From positions 896,001-960,000 of the forward strand of contig OY769902.1 in assembly GCA_963669175.1 (NCBI GenBank): 64,000 nt of DNA. Reading direction: 5' to 3'. Positions 39,361-50,036 of this stretch are shown piece by piece. The position numbers and the translations under genes are program-made. Source of the DNA: a bacterium. GTDB lineage: Bacteria > Electryoneota > Electryoneia > Electryoneales > Electryoneaceae. Each line of letters opens with the position of its first letter. The first letter of the stretch is position 1. The notes below the pieces were generated by a model. That model was not told the DNA's origin and did no database searches. It worked only from the letters and a program-made list of their open reading frames with translations.

Positions 39361-39558
39361 ATGCCAGAGAATGTGAAGCGTTTGTTCCGCAGCCGTGAAC
39401 ACCGGATGATAGCAGGGGTTTGCGGTGGGGTTGGAGAGTACTTCGATATTGACCCTGTTGTGATTCGTCTCATATTTGCGGTGGCGACCATCCTGGGGTG
39501 GGGCTCCACTGTCGTGATCTATATTATCGCCTGGATTCTGATGCCGGAGAACTGGTAA
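39361..39558 (+). CDS. PspC domain protein
   Basis: KRLFRSREHRMIAGVCGGVGEYFDIDP..IRL...YII.WILMP. Confidence 0.9.
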   Translation: MPENVKRLFRSREHRMIAGVCGGVGEYFDIDPVVIRLIFAVATILGWGSTVVIYIIAWILMPENW

Positions 39559-39573
39559 GAGGGAGGGGGGGGG

Positions 39574-40029
39574 ATGACAACTTCCGAAACGGATGGTCCC
39601 AGACGGTTATATCGCAGCCACATTGACAAATGGATTGCCGGTGTCTGCGGGGGAGTGGCAGCCTATACCAATTTGGATCCGTTGCTGATCAGGATGGGGT
39701 TGTTGGTTGTTCTCATTGCATCCAAATTCACCGCAATTGTTCTCTATCTTGTCATGTGGATCATTGTCCCTCCGGCCCCTCCCGGTTTTCACCAGGAAAC
39801 GCCGGCGTTGTCCTTGAGTAAGCTGAAACAGCGCAGGTGGGCCGGGACATTTCTCCTGCTGGTTGGCTTGACTTTCCTTGGGATCAAGCTCGACTTTTTC
39901 AACACGGATATCTGGGCCTGGATATGGCCTGTCGGAGTGATCCTGATAGGTATATTCCTGCTGGTAAAACCGGCAAAGAACAAGCAAGACGATTCTGACT
40001 CCTCTACCGAGGCTTTTGATGGCGACTAA
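39574..40029 (+). CDS. PspC domain protein with LiaI/LiaF-type TM region
   Basis: RLYRS..DKWIAGVCGGVA and C-terminal WP..VILIGIFLL. Confidence 0.85.
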   Translation: MTTSETDGPRRLYRSHIDKWIAGVCGGVAAYTNLDPLLIRMGLLVVLIASKFTAIVLYLVMWIIVPPAPPGFHQETPALSLSKLKQRRWAGTFLLLVGLTFLGIKLDFFNTDIWAWIWPVGVILIGIFLLVKPAKNKQDDSDSSTEAFDGD

Positions 40030-40525
40030 AGCGAAAACGAAAGATTCCGGCCGTCCCGTAACGGCGGCCCTCATGTTGATCCTGATCGGTGGGTTTTTCC
40101 TTGTTGACCGGATGAACCTGATTGAATTTCACTGGCCCCTTCTTCTGATTGCAGTCGGTGTGCTGCTGCTTATTTTCGCCATTCGTGATCACAAAGTCGC
40201 CGCAGAAATATTTCCTTCCGCATTGTTCATCCTGGTCGGACTGGTGTTATATGCCGAACGTGCAACTCCCTGGTTCCACGGGGGGCTGTCCGACGCATGG
40301 CCTTTACTGATTGTGGCGATCGGGGTTGCCAATCTGCTGGGGTTCATGTTCTCGCCGAAAAAGGGGAAAGGTCAGTTGATCAGCGGAATCGTCATGATCC
40401 TGCTTGGCTTCTTCTTCTTCCTGGTGGTATTCGAGTATATCATGTGGTCGGATATCAGCAGTGTGCTGACCTGGTGGCCGGTGCTGCTTGTCGGCGTGGG
40501 GATTTACCTGTTGATTGATAAATAA
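40019..40525 (+). CDS. LiaF/DUF5668-like membrane protein
   Basis: Three WP.LLI..G[VI] repeats; overlaps the upstream gene. Confidence 0.75.
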   Translation: MATKAKTKDSGRPVTAALMLILIGGFFLVDRMNLIEFHWPLLLIAVGVLLLIFAIRDHKVAAEIFPSALFILVGLVLYAERATPWFHGGLSDAWPLLIVAIGVANLLGFMFSPKKGKGQLISGIVMILLGFFFFLVVFEYIMWSDISSVLTWWPVLLVGVGIYLLIDK

Positions 40526-40613
40526 AGCCGGTACTCTGCCCAATTGGGTTGACTTCCTTGGAGTGACCGCTGTTTTCTCGTACTTTATGTGGATAGTCAT
40601 ACGAGGAATGGCC

Positions 40614-43073
40614 ATGATGCGTTACCTGCCGCTGGTACTACTGTGTCTGTTGTGTGCGACCGTTGCACTCGGGGAAGAGTTTTACGTTTCCACTTCCGGC
40701 GAGGATGATCCCGCCAACGGTAGCGAGCAAAACCCGTTTCGTTCACTATCCTATGCGTTGTCCGTTGCCGATACCACCCCTGCGGTGTCCAATACAATCC
40801 ATGTTGGCGCTGGCACCTACACCATTGAGACGGAAATCCTGCCCTTGCCCATGATTGACGACGTCATCATTTCCGGGGCAGGGCCACAGGCGACAGTGTT
40901 TACCGCTGACGATGGTCCAACCAACGTGTTTACCTGCGTAGGCGCGGATAACTGGACCCTCGAAAATCTGACCATCACCGGCGGAAACGCGATACAGGGC
41001 GGGGGCATTTCCATGCTCCAGTGTAGCCATGTCAACCTGCGAAACCTGATCATACGGAATAACCGCGCCGATCATCCGCAGATCCCGAATTTCGAAGGCC
41101 ACGGCGGCGGCTTGTATGTCTATGAATCAGACCTAGTGCTGATCGACCACGTTTTGCTGTACGATAATTCAGCTCGTGATGATGGCGGCGCTCTTTCCAT
41201 TGTTCACTGCAATCCCGCTCTGTCCTTTGTCACCATCACCCGGAACTCGGCTGATCTTGATGATGGCAGCGCGGCAATATTCTACCAGACTCTCGATGGC
41301 GGTCCCTGGACACTGGAGAATTCCATTGTCTGGGCCAACGGGGATTCCAGCAACGGGTTGGCGACAACGGTCACAACCGCGGGCGTCACCGTATCCTACA
41401 GCCTGGTTGAACGTGCCGATGGCGCTGCATGGGGTGGTACCGGGAATGTATGGAACGATCCCCTGTTTACAGACCCGGAAAACGACTTCACCCTTTTACA
41501 CGGATCCCCGGCCATAGACCTCGCAAATCCGGCTGAAGATTACACTGACGAACCGGCGCCGAATGGCGATCGTGCGAATTCCGGTTTCTACGGCAATACC
41601 GATGATGCCCAATTGGGGATGGTTCCGATAGTACTTTCACGTGGTCAGTACGCCTTCATCGGGCTTCCGGTTGAAACGACAACCGGTGATCCTCAAACCC
41701 TGTTCGGGGAGTATTTTGACAATACGACCCCGGGCGAGGATACCTGGCGACTGGAGCGTTGGGATAACACTACCGGTCTGTACCTGCGCTACGATGAAGT
41801 TGAGAGTGACGGCAGCGATCATGGTGATCCGCCGGTTATGGCGCCGGGGCTGGGATACCTGGTTCAGCAGAATATGGATATCCAGACTACACTCTGGGTA
41901 GATGGAAACGCGCTTGATCAGTCTGTGGATTACACGCTTGAACTTGCCACATCGGACATGGTGCAGATGCACATGATCGCCAATCCCTACCCTTACCCGG
42001 TAAACTGGAGTGACATGTGTTTCCAATCTCAAGCCGGACTGCTCTGCTTTGATGATGCCGCGCAGCTTAATTACGCTGACCGTTACCTGTATATCCTGGA
42101 CAGCCAGGGCCGGTTTGTTCCAACCCTGGATCGGCTTGACCCCTGGCAGGGCGCGTTTATCCTGACTCATCGTGAAGGCAACCTGACCTGGATAGTTCCG
42201 AGTGAACGTAATGAGGCCAACCCGGGCGATCTGCGTGATAACCTGGATTGGGGATTGTCGGCGGGCTTTTCCGCTCTTGATGCTTCCGGCGAAACCATGG
42301 CGGCAGACGAAGGCCACCTGTTTGGGACCGGAGAGTTGATGGAAGATGGCAGGGATGGCTATGACGCCTGCGTGCTCAACCCGCTGGAGATGCGTATCCT
42401 GACCTGGTCTGCTATCGGTGATGACGAATCCACGATGTTGTACCATGACCTGCGTGAACCGATCCCGGAACACGACATAAAGGGCTGGCATTTTCATACC
42501 ATGTATGTTCCCACCGGGGAAGCAGGAGATACTCTCTTACCGGAATCGTTCCTGTTTCGTGTCAATGGGTTTGCCTTTGATGACCTCGGAGAACCCCAGT
42601 ATCCAGATACGTCCTACCGTTTCCGGTTGATGGACAGTGAATTCACTATCCTGATGAGTGACATGCGTGACTATCCCGATACAACAGGGTGTGTCTACGA
42701 GGTCACGGCGCAACATTCCGGGGACACCCTTGCGACCGCAGATGTGTGGGTGTTTGCCGGAAATCAGGTCTGGGCGGACGCGGACGAGACCCCTGCGGAA
42801 CTTCCTTCACGGTTCGAGGTGACCGGTACATGGCCCAACCCGTTTAACCGTACTCTTTCCCTTAGCTTTACCCTGCCGCAACGTGGTGATGTCGCCATAA
42901 CTGTTTTTGATGTGCTGGGACGTGAAGTGGACCGTTTGCAGTACGCCGGATTAGCTGCAGGCGCACACCGTGTCGCCTGGCAACCGGAAGCAACTCTGGC
43001 CAGCGGTATCTATTTCATCCGTCTTAAACATGCCGGACATATGGCGCTACGCAAGGCAGTACTGGTCAAGTAA
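40614..43073 (+). CDS. secreted DUF1565/beta-helix protein with C-terminal sorting tail
   Basis: RBS gagg; signal peptide; YVS..G.D...GS..NPF.S motif; GGG repeats; WPNPFN tail. Confidence 0.8.
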   Translation: MMRYLPLVLLCLLCATVALGEEFYVSTSGEDDPANGSEQNPFRSLSYALSVADTTPAVSNTIHVGAGTYTIETEILPLPMIDDVIISGAGPQATVFTADDGPTNVFTCVGADNWTLENLTITGGNAIQGGGISMLQCSHVNLRNLIIRNNRADHPQIPNFEGHGGGLYVYESDLVLIDHVLLYDNSARDDGGALSIVHCNPALSFVTITRNSADLDDGSAAIFYQTLDGGPWTLENSIVWANGDSSNGLATTVTTAGVTVSYSLVERADGAAWGGTGNVWNDPLFTDPENDFTLLHGSPAIDLANPAEDYTDEPAPNGDRANSGFYGNTDDAQLGMVPIVLSRGQYAFIGLPVETTTGDPQTLFGEYFDNTTPGEDTWRLERWDNTTGLYLRYDEVESDGSDHGDPPVMAPGLGYLVQQNMDIQTTLWVDGNALDQSVDYTLELATSDMVQMHMIANPYPYPVNWSDMCFQSQAGLLCFDDAAQLNYADRYLYILDSQGRFVPTLDRLDPWQGAFILTHREGNLTWIVPSERNEANPGDLRDNLDWGLSAGFSALDASGETMAADEGHLFGTGELMEDGRDGYDACVLNPLEMRILTWSAIGDDESTMLYHDLREPIPEHDIKGWHFHTMYVPTGEAGDTLLPESFLFRVNGFAFDDLGEPQYPDTSYRFRLMDSEFTILMSDMRDYPDTTGCVYEVTAQHSGDTLATADVWVFAGNQVWADADETPAELPSRFEVTGTWPNPFNRTLSLSFTLPQRGDVAITVFDVLGREVDRLQYAGLAAGAHRVAWQPEATLASGIYFIRLKHAGHMALRKAVLVK

Positions 43074-43096
43074 CCTGTGGTCCACTGGGGGGAACT

Positions 43097-43837
43097 ATGC
43101 TGAAGCTTCGTTTTCTGCCATTGTGTGTGCTGATCACTCTTTTCCTGTGCGCCGGGTGCGATAATGACGAGGATGAAGACAGCAACCCGGATCTCGAGCC
43201 TCTTGAAGTGTTTGATCTGAATGTCCCGGCGCCAAACGGGCTGTGTATGTCAGCCGATGGGAATCATCTCTGGACTGTAAGTGACAGCACCGACTACCTG
43301 TACAAACTGGACATGCAGGGGCAGACACAGGAAATCATCATGCTGTACGGGATGGGTTTGCGAGGTGTGTGTATTGACAGCAGGGACAGCAGTTTTTATT
43401 CCGTGTCGGTAACAAGGAAGGCTGTGGTTCATCTCGATTCCACCGGAACTCTCCTGGAAGAATTTCAGCTCCCCGATACAAGCGTAGTTGACAACCTGTT
43501 CGGCCTGGCCCTTGACGAGAGCAGCGACGTCCTGTATGTAGTTCAGAGCGCCTACCCCGGCAACCTCTACCTGATGAGTATTCATGGTGGCTGGTTGAGT
43601 GCCTTCGAGCTCGATTCAGGCGCTGATTGCTCCGGTTTATGTATGGATTCAGCGACGGATCGTTTGTGGATCGTGTTTGCGCACAGCGACCGCCTGAAAA
43701 GAATGAACTCAACCGGTGTGGAAGTCGGAAGTTGGACACACGAATTGGCGGACCTGCAGGGAATCGAGGAACACAATGGGTATCTGTATGTCATCAGCTC
43801 AACCCATCAGCAACTGTATGTGCTGGATAAGCCGTGA
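43097..43837 (+). CDS. SdiA-regulated-like beta-propeller lipoprotein
   Basis: Lipobox CAGC; P.GL....D..HLWTVSD blade repeats. Confidence 0.7.
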   Translation: MLKLRFLPLCVLITLFLCAGCDNDEDEDSNPDLEPLEVFDLNVPAPNGLCMSADGNHLWTVSDSTDYLYKLDMQGQTQEIIMLYGMGLRGVCIDSRDSSFYSVSVTRKAVVHLDSTGTLLEEFQLPDTSVVDNLFGLALDESSDVLYVVQSAYPGNLYLMSIHGGWLSAFELDSGADCSGLCMDSATDRLWIVFAHSDRLKRMNSTGVEVGSWTHELADLQGIEEHNGYLYVISSTHQQLYVLDKP

Positions 43838-43964
43838 AGATGTGAGTTGGTTCTTCGCTGTTTCAAATGGATCAGGATATCTATAGTCAACAAGAAAACA
43901 ACGACAGGTTAGATCAGTGATTCTGTACCAGGTTTCGCTAAAGTCCACCGAAGGTGGGCTACTT

Positions 43965-44756
43965 GAATAGCGCGGTGCGTAAGCGCCGGGAATATGGTTG
44001 CCTTCCCCTTTCGATCCCGAAGGGATCGCACAACAATCCGTGATGAAATTCGAAGGAAAATCGGGACTGCTACACAATTTCGCCAGATGGAATTCCAATT
44101 TCTGTTGTTGAGGTTCGAGAGATAATCATGCTCATCCATTTCCGGATAACGTAAAGCGAAATTGGTAGCTGTACCAGGATTTTCCTGGACTAGATAATCA
44201 CTTAGCCCGGATATTTCACGAACGAAACATGGATAATCATCTTAACACATTTCATATCAGCACAATACAACTGATTCATACAGCTTTTTTATGGGTACAG
44301 TTTGCTCCGGTATCCCTTTGCGTGCCTATTCCCTGTTTCGCTGGCAAAATGAGGCTGAGTATCGGCAACCGCCCCGGCAGGGGCAACCTGTATTAGCCCC
44401 GGGCAGCTGCCGTCAGTTTGGCGGCTACCCGGGGAGATAATGCGCACCATATATTTACTCCGGAAGGAGTAACCTATTAATTATCATAAGTATACAGTGA
44501 CAATATTTAGGCAACCCGCTGCCGGGGTTGGCAAGTAGCGTACATCCTATTCCCACCGTGAGCGCCAAACAGACGGCGCTGGACGGTGGGCTAATCCAGG
44601 GAACCACTGCCGTGGTTCTTGCACTGGACATTCCATCAAATACCACATTTGAAATTGCATTGGTGAAATATTCGGGTTAGCCAATATGTGCGTCCCCTTC
44701 AGGGACGATAGATGGTGGAGACACTGATTTTCCGGCGCTTACGCACCGCGCTATTC
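43965..44756. repeat. perfect 25-bp inverted repeat pair enclosing nested elements
   Basis: GAATAGCGCGGTGCGTAAGCGCCGG (43965-43989) and its reverse complement (44732-44756). Confidence 0.8.
44206..44676. mobile_element. uninterrupted 471-bp MITE (IS1380-like ends, 4-bp TSD)
   Basis: CCCGGATATTTCAC / GTGAAATATTCGGG; TTAG on both flanks. Confidence 0.85.
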
Positions 44757-45020
44757 GGGTGTCACCTCTTCGAGGTGGAAGGGACTGTAAATTCTATCCT
44801 TTTTATCCTGCCTATCCTGTAAAGTCGTTCAAGACTTTCAACATTATACCAGCTTTTTCCATTACCAAAAAGTCAGCCCGGGTGCAAGCACACCGGGCCA
44901 CACGTTTGTGCGTATTATAATTCACAATCAGTCTGTTTCTTCACATTATAAATTCCTTCATCCTTGTTATCCTTTTCATCCTGTCTATCCTGTAAATTCT
45001 ACCACGAGTCGCAACTTGTC

Positions 45021-45263
45021 TTACACCGTCTTATCCACTGTCTGCTCATCCCCGCCCTGTTTCTGGACGATATTGCGGAAATGCTGACGGATGGCTTCTT
45101 CCGCGCGTTCGTGGCGGCTGATATCTTCTTTGCCTTTCATGTCCTTGCTGGCCTGGAGCGGGTCACGTCCCTCTGATTTGAGCACAGTATTTTTCGAAGG
45201 ATCTTTGCCCTCGGGAACAAAATTCTGTCCATTCATCAGTTTTCCTGGTTCGACAGCGTCCAT
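45021..45263 (-). CDS. small hydrophilic hypothetical protein
   Basis: RBS gaggtg before ATG; 80 aa; no recognised family. Confidence 0.5.
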   Translation of the reverse strand: MDAVEPGKLMNGQNFVPEGKDPSKNTVLKSEGRDPLQASKDMKGKEDISRHERAEEAIRQHFRNIVQKQGGDEQTVDKTV

Positions 45264-45399
45264 AACCACCTCAAAAAGCTTAACCTCTTCTTTGAAAGAC
45301 AGCTGTTTTTGAGCTGCATCGTTCGCGAATTCCCCTTATCTTATCGGCACATTATGGTTTTAGCTTCAAAAGACAGAACAACAACCCTGGATTGATAGA

Positions 45400-46191
45400 A
45401 TGGCCGGAAAACCAGCCCCGTACAACGAACCATCACCTGCACGTTCGCAGCATCACCGCCTGATCACGCCGGATGATGCGATTGTCGCCATCAGGGAAAA
45501 GGTCCGCGCTGTCCCGTCCGGACGTGCCCCATTGGTGGTTTTTGACCTGGATGGCACACTCTTTGACAACCGTGTCCGCAGCCAAAGGATCATGATTCAC
45601 CTGGCGGAACAGGGCGGCGGACGTTTGCATGATGATGTCCGTAACATGGTTATGGCGTTGCCATTGAACCATATGCAATACGGTGTCGTCGATACGCTGA
45701 AAGGGGAAGGCATCGAGGATCAGAATATCCTTGACTATTTCCTGCAAGGCTGGTTCGACAATTTTTTCACCGATGAATGGGTGAAGCAGGATATTCCCAC
45801 TCCCGGCGCCCAGGACTTTGTGAAGCGTGTGCTGGCGTGCGGCGTCAAGGTGGTGTACCTGACCGGGCGGGATACGCCGAACATGCGGAAGGGCACCCTT
45901 GAATCCCTCAAGCAGCATGGTTTCCCCATGCCGGACGAGGAACGAATCATCCTGATTACCAAGCCGACCTTTGAAACTCCCGATCTCGATTTCAAGCAGG
46001 CCGCGATTGATCAGTTGCAACGGCTTGGAGACGTTGTCGCTACCTTTGACAACGAACCCAAGATGAACAATACACTTGCCAGTGCGTTTTCCGGCGCTAC
46101 CCACATTTTCCTGGATACACTCCACAGTGGAGACTGGGAACCTTTGAACCCGGAAATTGTAGTCATGACAGACTTTCGTTTACAGGCATAG
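45400..46191 (+). CDS. HAD-superfamily hydrolase
   Basis: FDLDGTLFD, YLTGR, K and FDNEP motifs. Confidence 0.85.
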   Translation: MAGKPAPYNEPSPARSQHHRLITPDDAIVAIREKVRAVPSGRAPLVVFDLDGTLFDNRVRSQRIMIHLAEQGGGRLHDDVRNMVMALPLNHMQYGVVDTLKGEGIEDQNILDYFLQGWFDNFFTDEWVKQDIPTPGAQDFVKRVLACGVKVVYLTGRDTPNMRKGTLESLKQHGFPMPDEERIILITKPTFETPDLDFKQAAIDQLQRLGDVVATFDNEPKMNNTLASAFSGATHIFLDTLHSGDWEPLNPEIVVMTDFRLQA

Positions 46192-46203
46192 AGGACTTTT
46201 ACC

Positions 46204-47595
46204 ATGGCAGACAGCTTGCCGTTTTCCCATTCCCAGGCGTACCGCTGGCGCCGGTTCTTCAACTGGTTTCCCCTTGGGCTTACCTATGCGTTCCTGTATA
46301 TGGGACGGTACAACCTGACGGTATCCAAGAACGCCCTTGGCGATTTGATGACCAAGGAAGATTTCGGGATCATTTTCGCCGCGGGTACGATTACCTACGC
46401 GTTTGCTTTCCTGCTGAACGGACCGTTGACAGATAAAATCGGCGGGAAACGGGCGATCCTGATCGGTTCGATGGGATCGGCCATAATGAACATCGGGATG
46501 GGGCTGGCTGTTTATCACCTGCTGCACCATCCTGCCGAGGTCAATATTCGTCTGCTGTTCAGCATTTTGTATGCAGGCAACATGTATTTCCAGAGTTATG
46601 GCGCAGTTGCGATTGTCAAGGTGAATGCGCACTGGTTCCATGTGAGGGAACGTGGGGTGTTCGGAGGGATATTCGGCATCCTGATTTCACTCGGTATTTA
46701 CTTTGCCTTTGACTGGGGTTACGCCATTGTACGAGCTACCAAAGCCGTAGCTGATCCCCAATTGGGCTTTATCCTGAAAGCGCTACGTGCGGTTCTGGGG
46801 ATTGAGGGCGCGACCATGGACGAGACCTGGTGGGTGTTCTTTGTCCCGGCCGCGTTGCTGGTGGTGATGTTTATTATCGAGATCATCATCCTCCGAGATC
46901 GTCCCGGCCAGGCAGGCTTTGAGGATTTTGACACGGGTGACGCTTCTTCCGGTGAAGAGGATGAACCGTTCAACCTCGGCCAACTCCTGAAGAGGATCCT
47001 GACCAATCCCATTATCCTGACCGTAGCCGCAATCGAGTTCTGCAGCGGTGTCATGCGTAACGGTGTTATGCACTGGTACCCGATTTATATTAAAGAAGTG
47101 CTTCACTATGGTTCCGACCATTTCATGCGTGAGCACTGGGGGTTGGTGTTGATGATCGCCGGTGTTCTGGGTGGGATTTTCGCCGGGTTTATTTCCGATC
47201 ATGTTTTCGGTTCACGTCGTGGTCCGGTTGCCGCCGTACTCTATGGCTTCCTGCTGATCGGAACCATTGGCCTGGTTTTCACCCTTGATTCACCGTGGTA
47301 TGTGCTCGGCGCGATTGCTTTCTTCATGAGCTTGAGCGTGATCGGGGTACACGGCATGCTGTCCGGTACCGCTACGATGGACTTCGGCGGACGAAAAGGC
47401 GCGGCAACGGCGGTGGGTCTGATTGATGGATTCGTCTACTTGGGAACCGGTTTGCAGTCGCTTTCACTTGGCTACCTGACCACGGCGAACTGGCACTACT
47501 GGCCGATCTTCCTGCTCCCGTTCAGCGTGATCGGGCTGCTCCTGGCGATCCGTATCTGGAAAGCCTTCCCGCACGCCAAACGCAAAGGAAAATAG
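46204..47595 (+). CDS. MFS transporter, GlpT/OPA-like
   Basis: Y...YMGRYN, NGPLTDKIGGK, WF..RERG and GFISD..FGSRRG motifs; about 12 TM segments. Confidence 0.88.
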   Translation: MADSLPFSHSQAYRWRRFFNWFPLGLTYAFLYMGRYNLTVSKNALGDLMTKEDFGIIFAAGTITYAFAFLLNGPLTDKIGGKRAILIGSMGSAIMNIGMGLAVYHLLHHPAEVNIRLLFSILYAGNMYFQSYGAVAIVKVNAHWFHVRERGVFGGIFGILISLGIYFAFDWGYAIVRATKAVADPQLGFILKALRAVLGIEGATMDETWWVFFVPAALLVVMFIIEIIILRDRPGQAGFEDFDTGDASSGEEDEPFNLGQLLKRILTNPIILTVAAIEFCSGVMRNGVMHWYPIYIKEVLHYGSDHFMREHWGLVLMIAGVLGGIFAGFISDHVFGSRRGPVAAVLYGFLLIGTIGLVFTLDSPWYVLGAIAFFMSLSVIGVHGMLSGTATMDFGGRKGAATAVGLIDGFVYLGTGLQSLSLGYLTTANWHYWPIFLLPFSVIGLLLAIRIWKAFPHAKRKGK

Positions 47596-47608
47596 CTCCA
47601 AGGACACA

Positions 47609-48254
47609 TATGACTCACAGGATAATAGGATAGAAGGATATCAAGGATAACTGCTGGTTGAATTTACAGGATGAAAAGGATGAAAAACTGAAGATTTATG
47701 TAAAACTGGGACTGACCCATGGTGGTCTGTCCCGTTGTTTTTACTTGAATCTCTATCCTTCAGTCATCCTATCATCCTTCTATCCTGTTAGAATCTTTTC
47801 TTTGCGCCTTTGTGTCCTTGCGTGAAACATTTTTAAGAAACATAAATCCCCGCCAGACCTGATCTCCAGCGGGGTTCTTTTTTGTATGACTCACAGGATA
47901 ATAGGATAGAAGGATATCAAGGATAACTGCTGGTTGAATTTACAGGATGAAAAGGATAGTAAGGATGTCAAGGATAGAAACATAAATACAAATTATTTTT
48001 GTTTTTACCTTGTAGTTTTTCTTTTCTTTGCGCCTTTGCGTCTTTGCGTGAAACATAAAACCCCGCCGGATCTGATCTCCCGCGGGGTTCTTTTTCACAT
48101 GACTCACAGGATGATAGGATGTAAAGATAGCAAGGATAAAAAGGAAAAGATCTGAAAATTTTTTGTTAAAACAGGATTTACCTGCGAAATTCATCCTGTT
48201 CTTTACACTATTCTTTCATCCTTCAGTTATCCTATCATCCTACTATCCTGTTAG
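47609..48254. repeat. mosaic of AGGAT 9-mer arrays, duplicated ~73-bp block and hairpins between convergent genes
   Basis: 47609-47681 repeated at 47885-47957, partial third copy at 48098; inverted ATCCT arrays at 47755-47791 and 48217-48254. Confidence 0.85.
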
Positions 48255-48266
48255 GGGTTGGAAAGA

Positions 48267-49427
48267 TTACCCTTGCAAGAACTCGATGATCGCGTCCGCG
48301 ACTTCCTTGATCTGATCATCGGTCAGTTCCGGGTAGACCGGCAAGGCCAGTGTCTCAGCCGCTGCAATCTCACTCAAGGGGAAATCGCCTTCCTTGTAGC
48401 CCAGATCCGCGAAACATTCCTGCATATGGAACGGCACCGGGTAATAGATAGCATTCCCGATCTTACGTTCATCGAGGAACGCCTTCAGTTCATCCCTGCG
48501 ATCCACACGGATGATGAACTGGTTGTAAATATGACGCACGTCGCCCGCCTCGATCGGCAGGATCAGGGCATTGGTATCCTTCAGAGAAGTAATATCTTCC
48601 GCTTTGGTCGCCTCTTTGACCACACCGGCAGCACGGAACAGCTCGCCATACGTGTGCGCGTTCTTCTGACGGCCTTCGGTCCACTGGTCGAGATACTTCA
48701 GCTTGACCTGCAATACCGCTGCCTGGAGGGCGTCAAGGCGGAAGTTGCCGCCGATGACACTGTGGTAATATTGACGTTCCCCGCCATGCACACGCATGAT
48801 ACGGACACGTTCGGCGATGGTGTCGTCATTAGCAACGACCATGCCGCCATCACCCGCGCCGCCAAGGTTTTTCGACGGGAAGAAGCTGAAGCAGCCGTAA
48901 TGACCGATTTCACCGGCACGCTTGCCTTTGTACTCCGAGCCTATCGCCTGGGCGCCATCCTCGATTACGACCAGGTTGTGCTTTTCGGCAATCGCCATGA
49001 TCGCATCCATGTCCGCCATCTGACCATACAGGTGGACCGGCATGATTGCGCGTGTTTTTGGGGTAATCGCGGCCTCAATCAGGTTCGGATCGATGTTGAA
49101 GGTGACCGGGTCGATATCAACCAGCACCGGTTTCGCGCCGGAACGTGCAATACTGCCTGCGGTAGCAAAGAAGGAATAGGTCGTGGTGATAACCTCGTCA
49201 CCGGCGCCGATTCCGGCAGCCATAAGGGAGAGCAACAGGGCGTCCGTTCCCGACGATACCCCGATTGCATGGTTCGTGTGGCAATAATTCGCGATGGATT
49301 TTTCGAATTCGACAACCGTAGGGCCAAGAATAAAATATTGTGACTCAAATACCTGCTGGACGGCTTCATCGGTTTCCGTCTTGATCGTCTTGTACTGAGC
49401 TTTCAGGTCCAGAAGCGGGACACCCAT
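48267..49427 (-). CDS. DegT/DnrJ/EryC1/StrS PLP-dependent aminotransferase
   Basis: SSGTDAL, PVHLYGQ, IEDGAQAIG, SFFPSKNLG and NFRLDALQAA motifs. Confidence 0.95.
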   Translation of the reverse strand: MGVPLLDLKAQYKTIKTETDEAVQQVFESQYFILGPTVVEFEKSIANYCHTNHAIGVSSGTDALLLSLMAAGIGAGDEVITTTYSFFATAGSIARSGAKPVLVDIDPVTFNIDPNLIEAAITPKTRAIMPVHLYGQMADMDAIMAIAEKHNLVVIEDGAQAIGSEYKGKRAGEIGHYGCFSFFPSKNLGGAGDGGMVVANDDTIAERVRIMRVHGGERQYYHSVIGGNFRLDALQAAVLQVKLKYLDQWTEGRQKNAHTYGELFRAAGVVKEATKAEDITSLKDTNALILPIEAGDVRHIYNQFIIRVDRRDELKAFLDERKIGNAIYYPVPFHMQECFADLGYKEGDFPLSEIAAAETLALPVYPELTDDQIKEVADAIIEFLQG

Positions 49428-49763
49428 GGTTCTATCCTTTCAACCAACTGTTGGTAACAATGTCCAAGAGGGAACTCGGAGCCGGGTATTCAAGTTCCTT
49501 TTCCGAATGTTCTCTCTGCCCGGGTGAAGATAGGCACACCACTGGTGGAACGCAACTGGAGACCGGCGAGAATCCGGAGAAATGCAGCGCTAACCAAAAG
49601 AATTCAATGAGGTTACAATATGTGATTTTTTTAACAAAATCGGGAATTGTGGAAGAAAATCATGTGGAGTTACCCTGGAGAAAACTTTGTTCTAGAGATA
49701 TTTGCATCGGGCAAAGTTCTCGTTTACCTTACGCGCTGACATAACGACGAACGGAATCGCCAC

Positions 49764-49850
49764 GGAGAGGTGACAGAGTGGTCGATTGTGCACGCTTGGA
49801 AAGCGTGTGAGCGGGTAACCGTTCCGTGGGTTCGAATCCCACCCTCTCCG
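49764..49850 (+). tRNA. tRNA-Ser (GGA)
   Basis: GGAGAGG/CCTCTCC acceptor stem, anticodon arm cacgc-ttGGAaa-gcgtg, long variable arm, GTTCGAATC; CCA not encoded. Confidence 0.95.
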
Positions 49851-49854
49851 CTAC

Positions 49855-49891
49855 GCGCCCGGCTGAAGAAGCCGGGCGCTTCTGTTTTTTC
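49855..49891 (+). terminator. intrinsic terminator after tRNA-Ser
   Basis: gcgcccggct gaaga agccgggcgc followed by a T-rich tail. Confidence 0.8.
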
Positions 49892-50036
49892 TGTGCGTGT
49901 GACCTTTCCAATTATCTCTCCCTCTTTGCTACAGAAAAAACTGAAGGGTGGCCCGATTTTCCCCGTGAGGATGTTGATGCCTTTATTACACATATTGCTG
50001 TTCTCGATTTTATTCCGACATAATAAAGATTGCCGG

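Noticed and set aside
47609-48254. CRISPR array
   Set aside because: Units are long, low-complexity and irregularly spaced; no cas genes
49440-49600. glmS ribozyme upstream of the aminotransferase (minus-strand AGCGC start)
   Set aside because: The conserved GACGAGG core is absent
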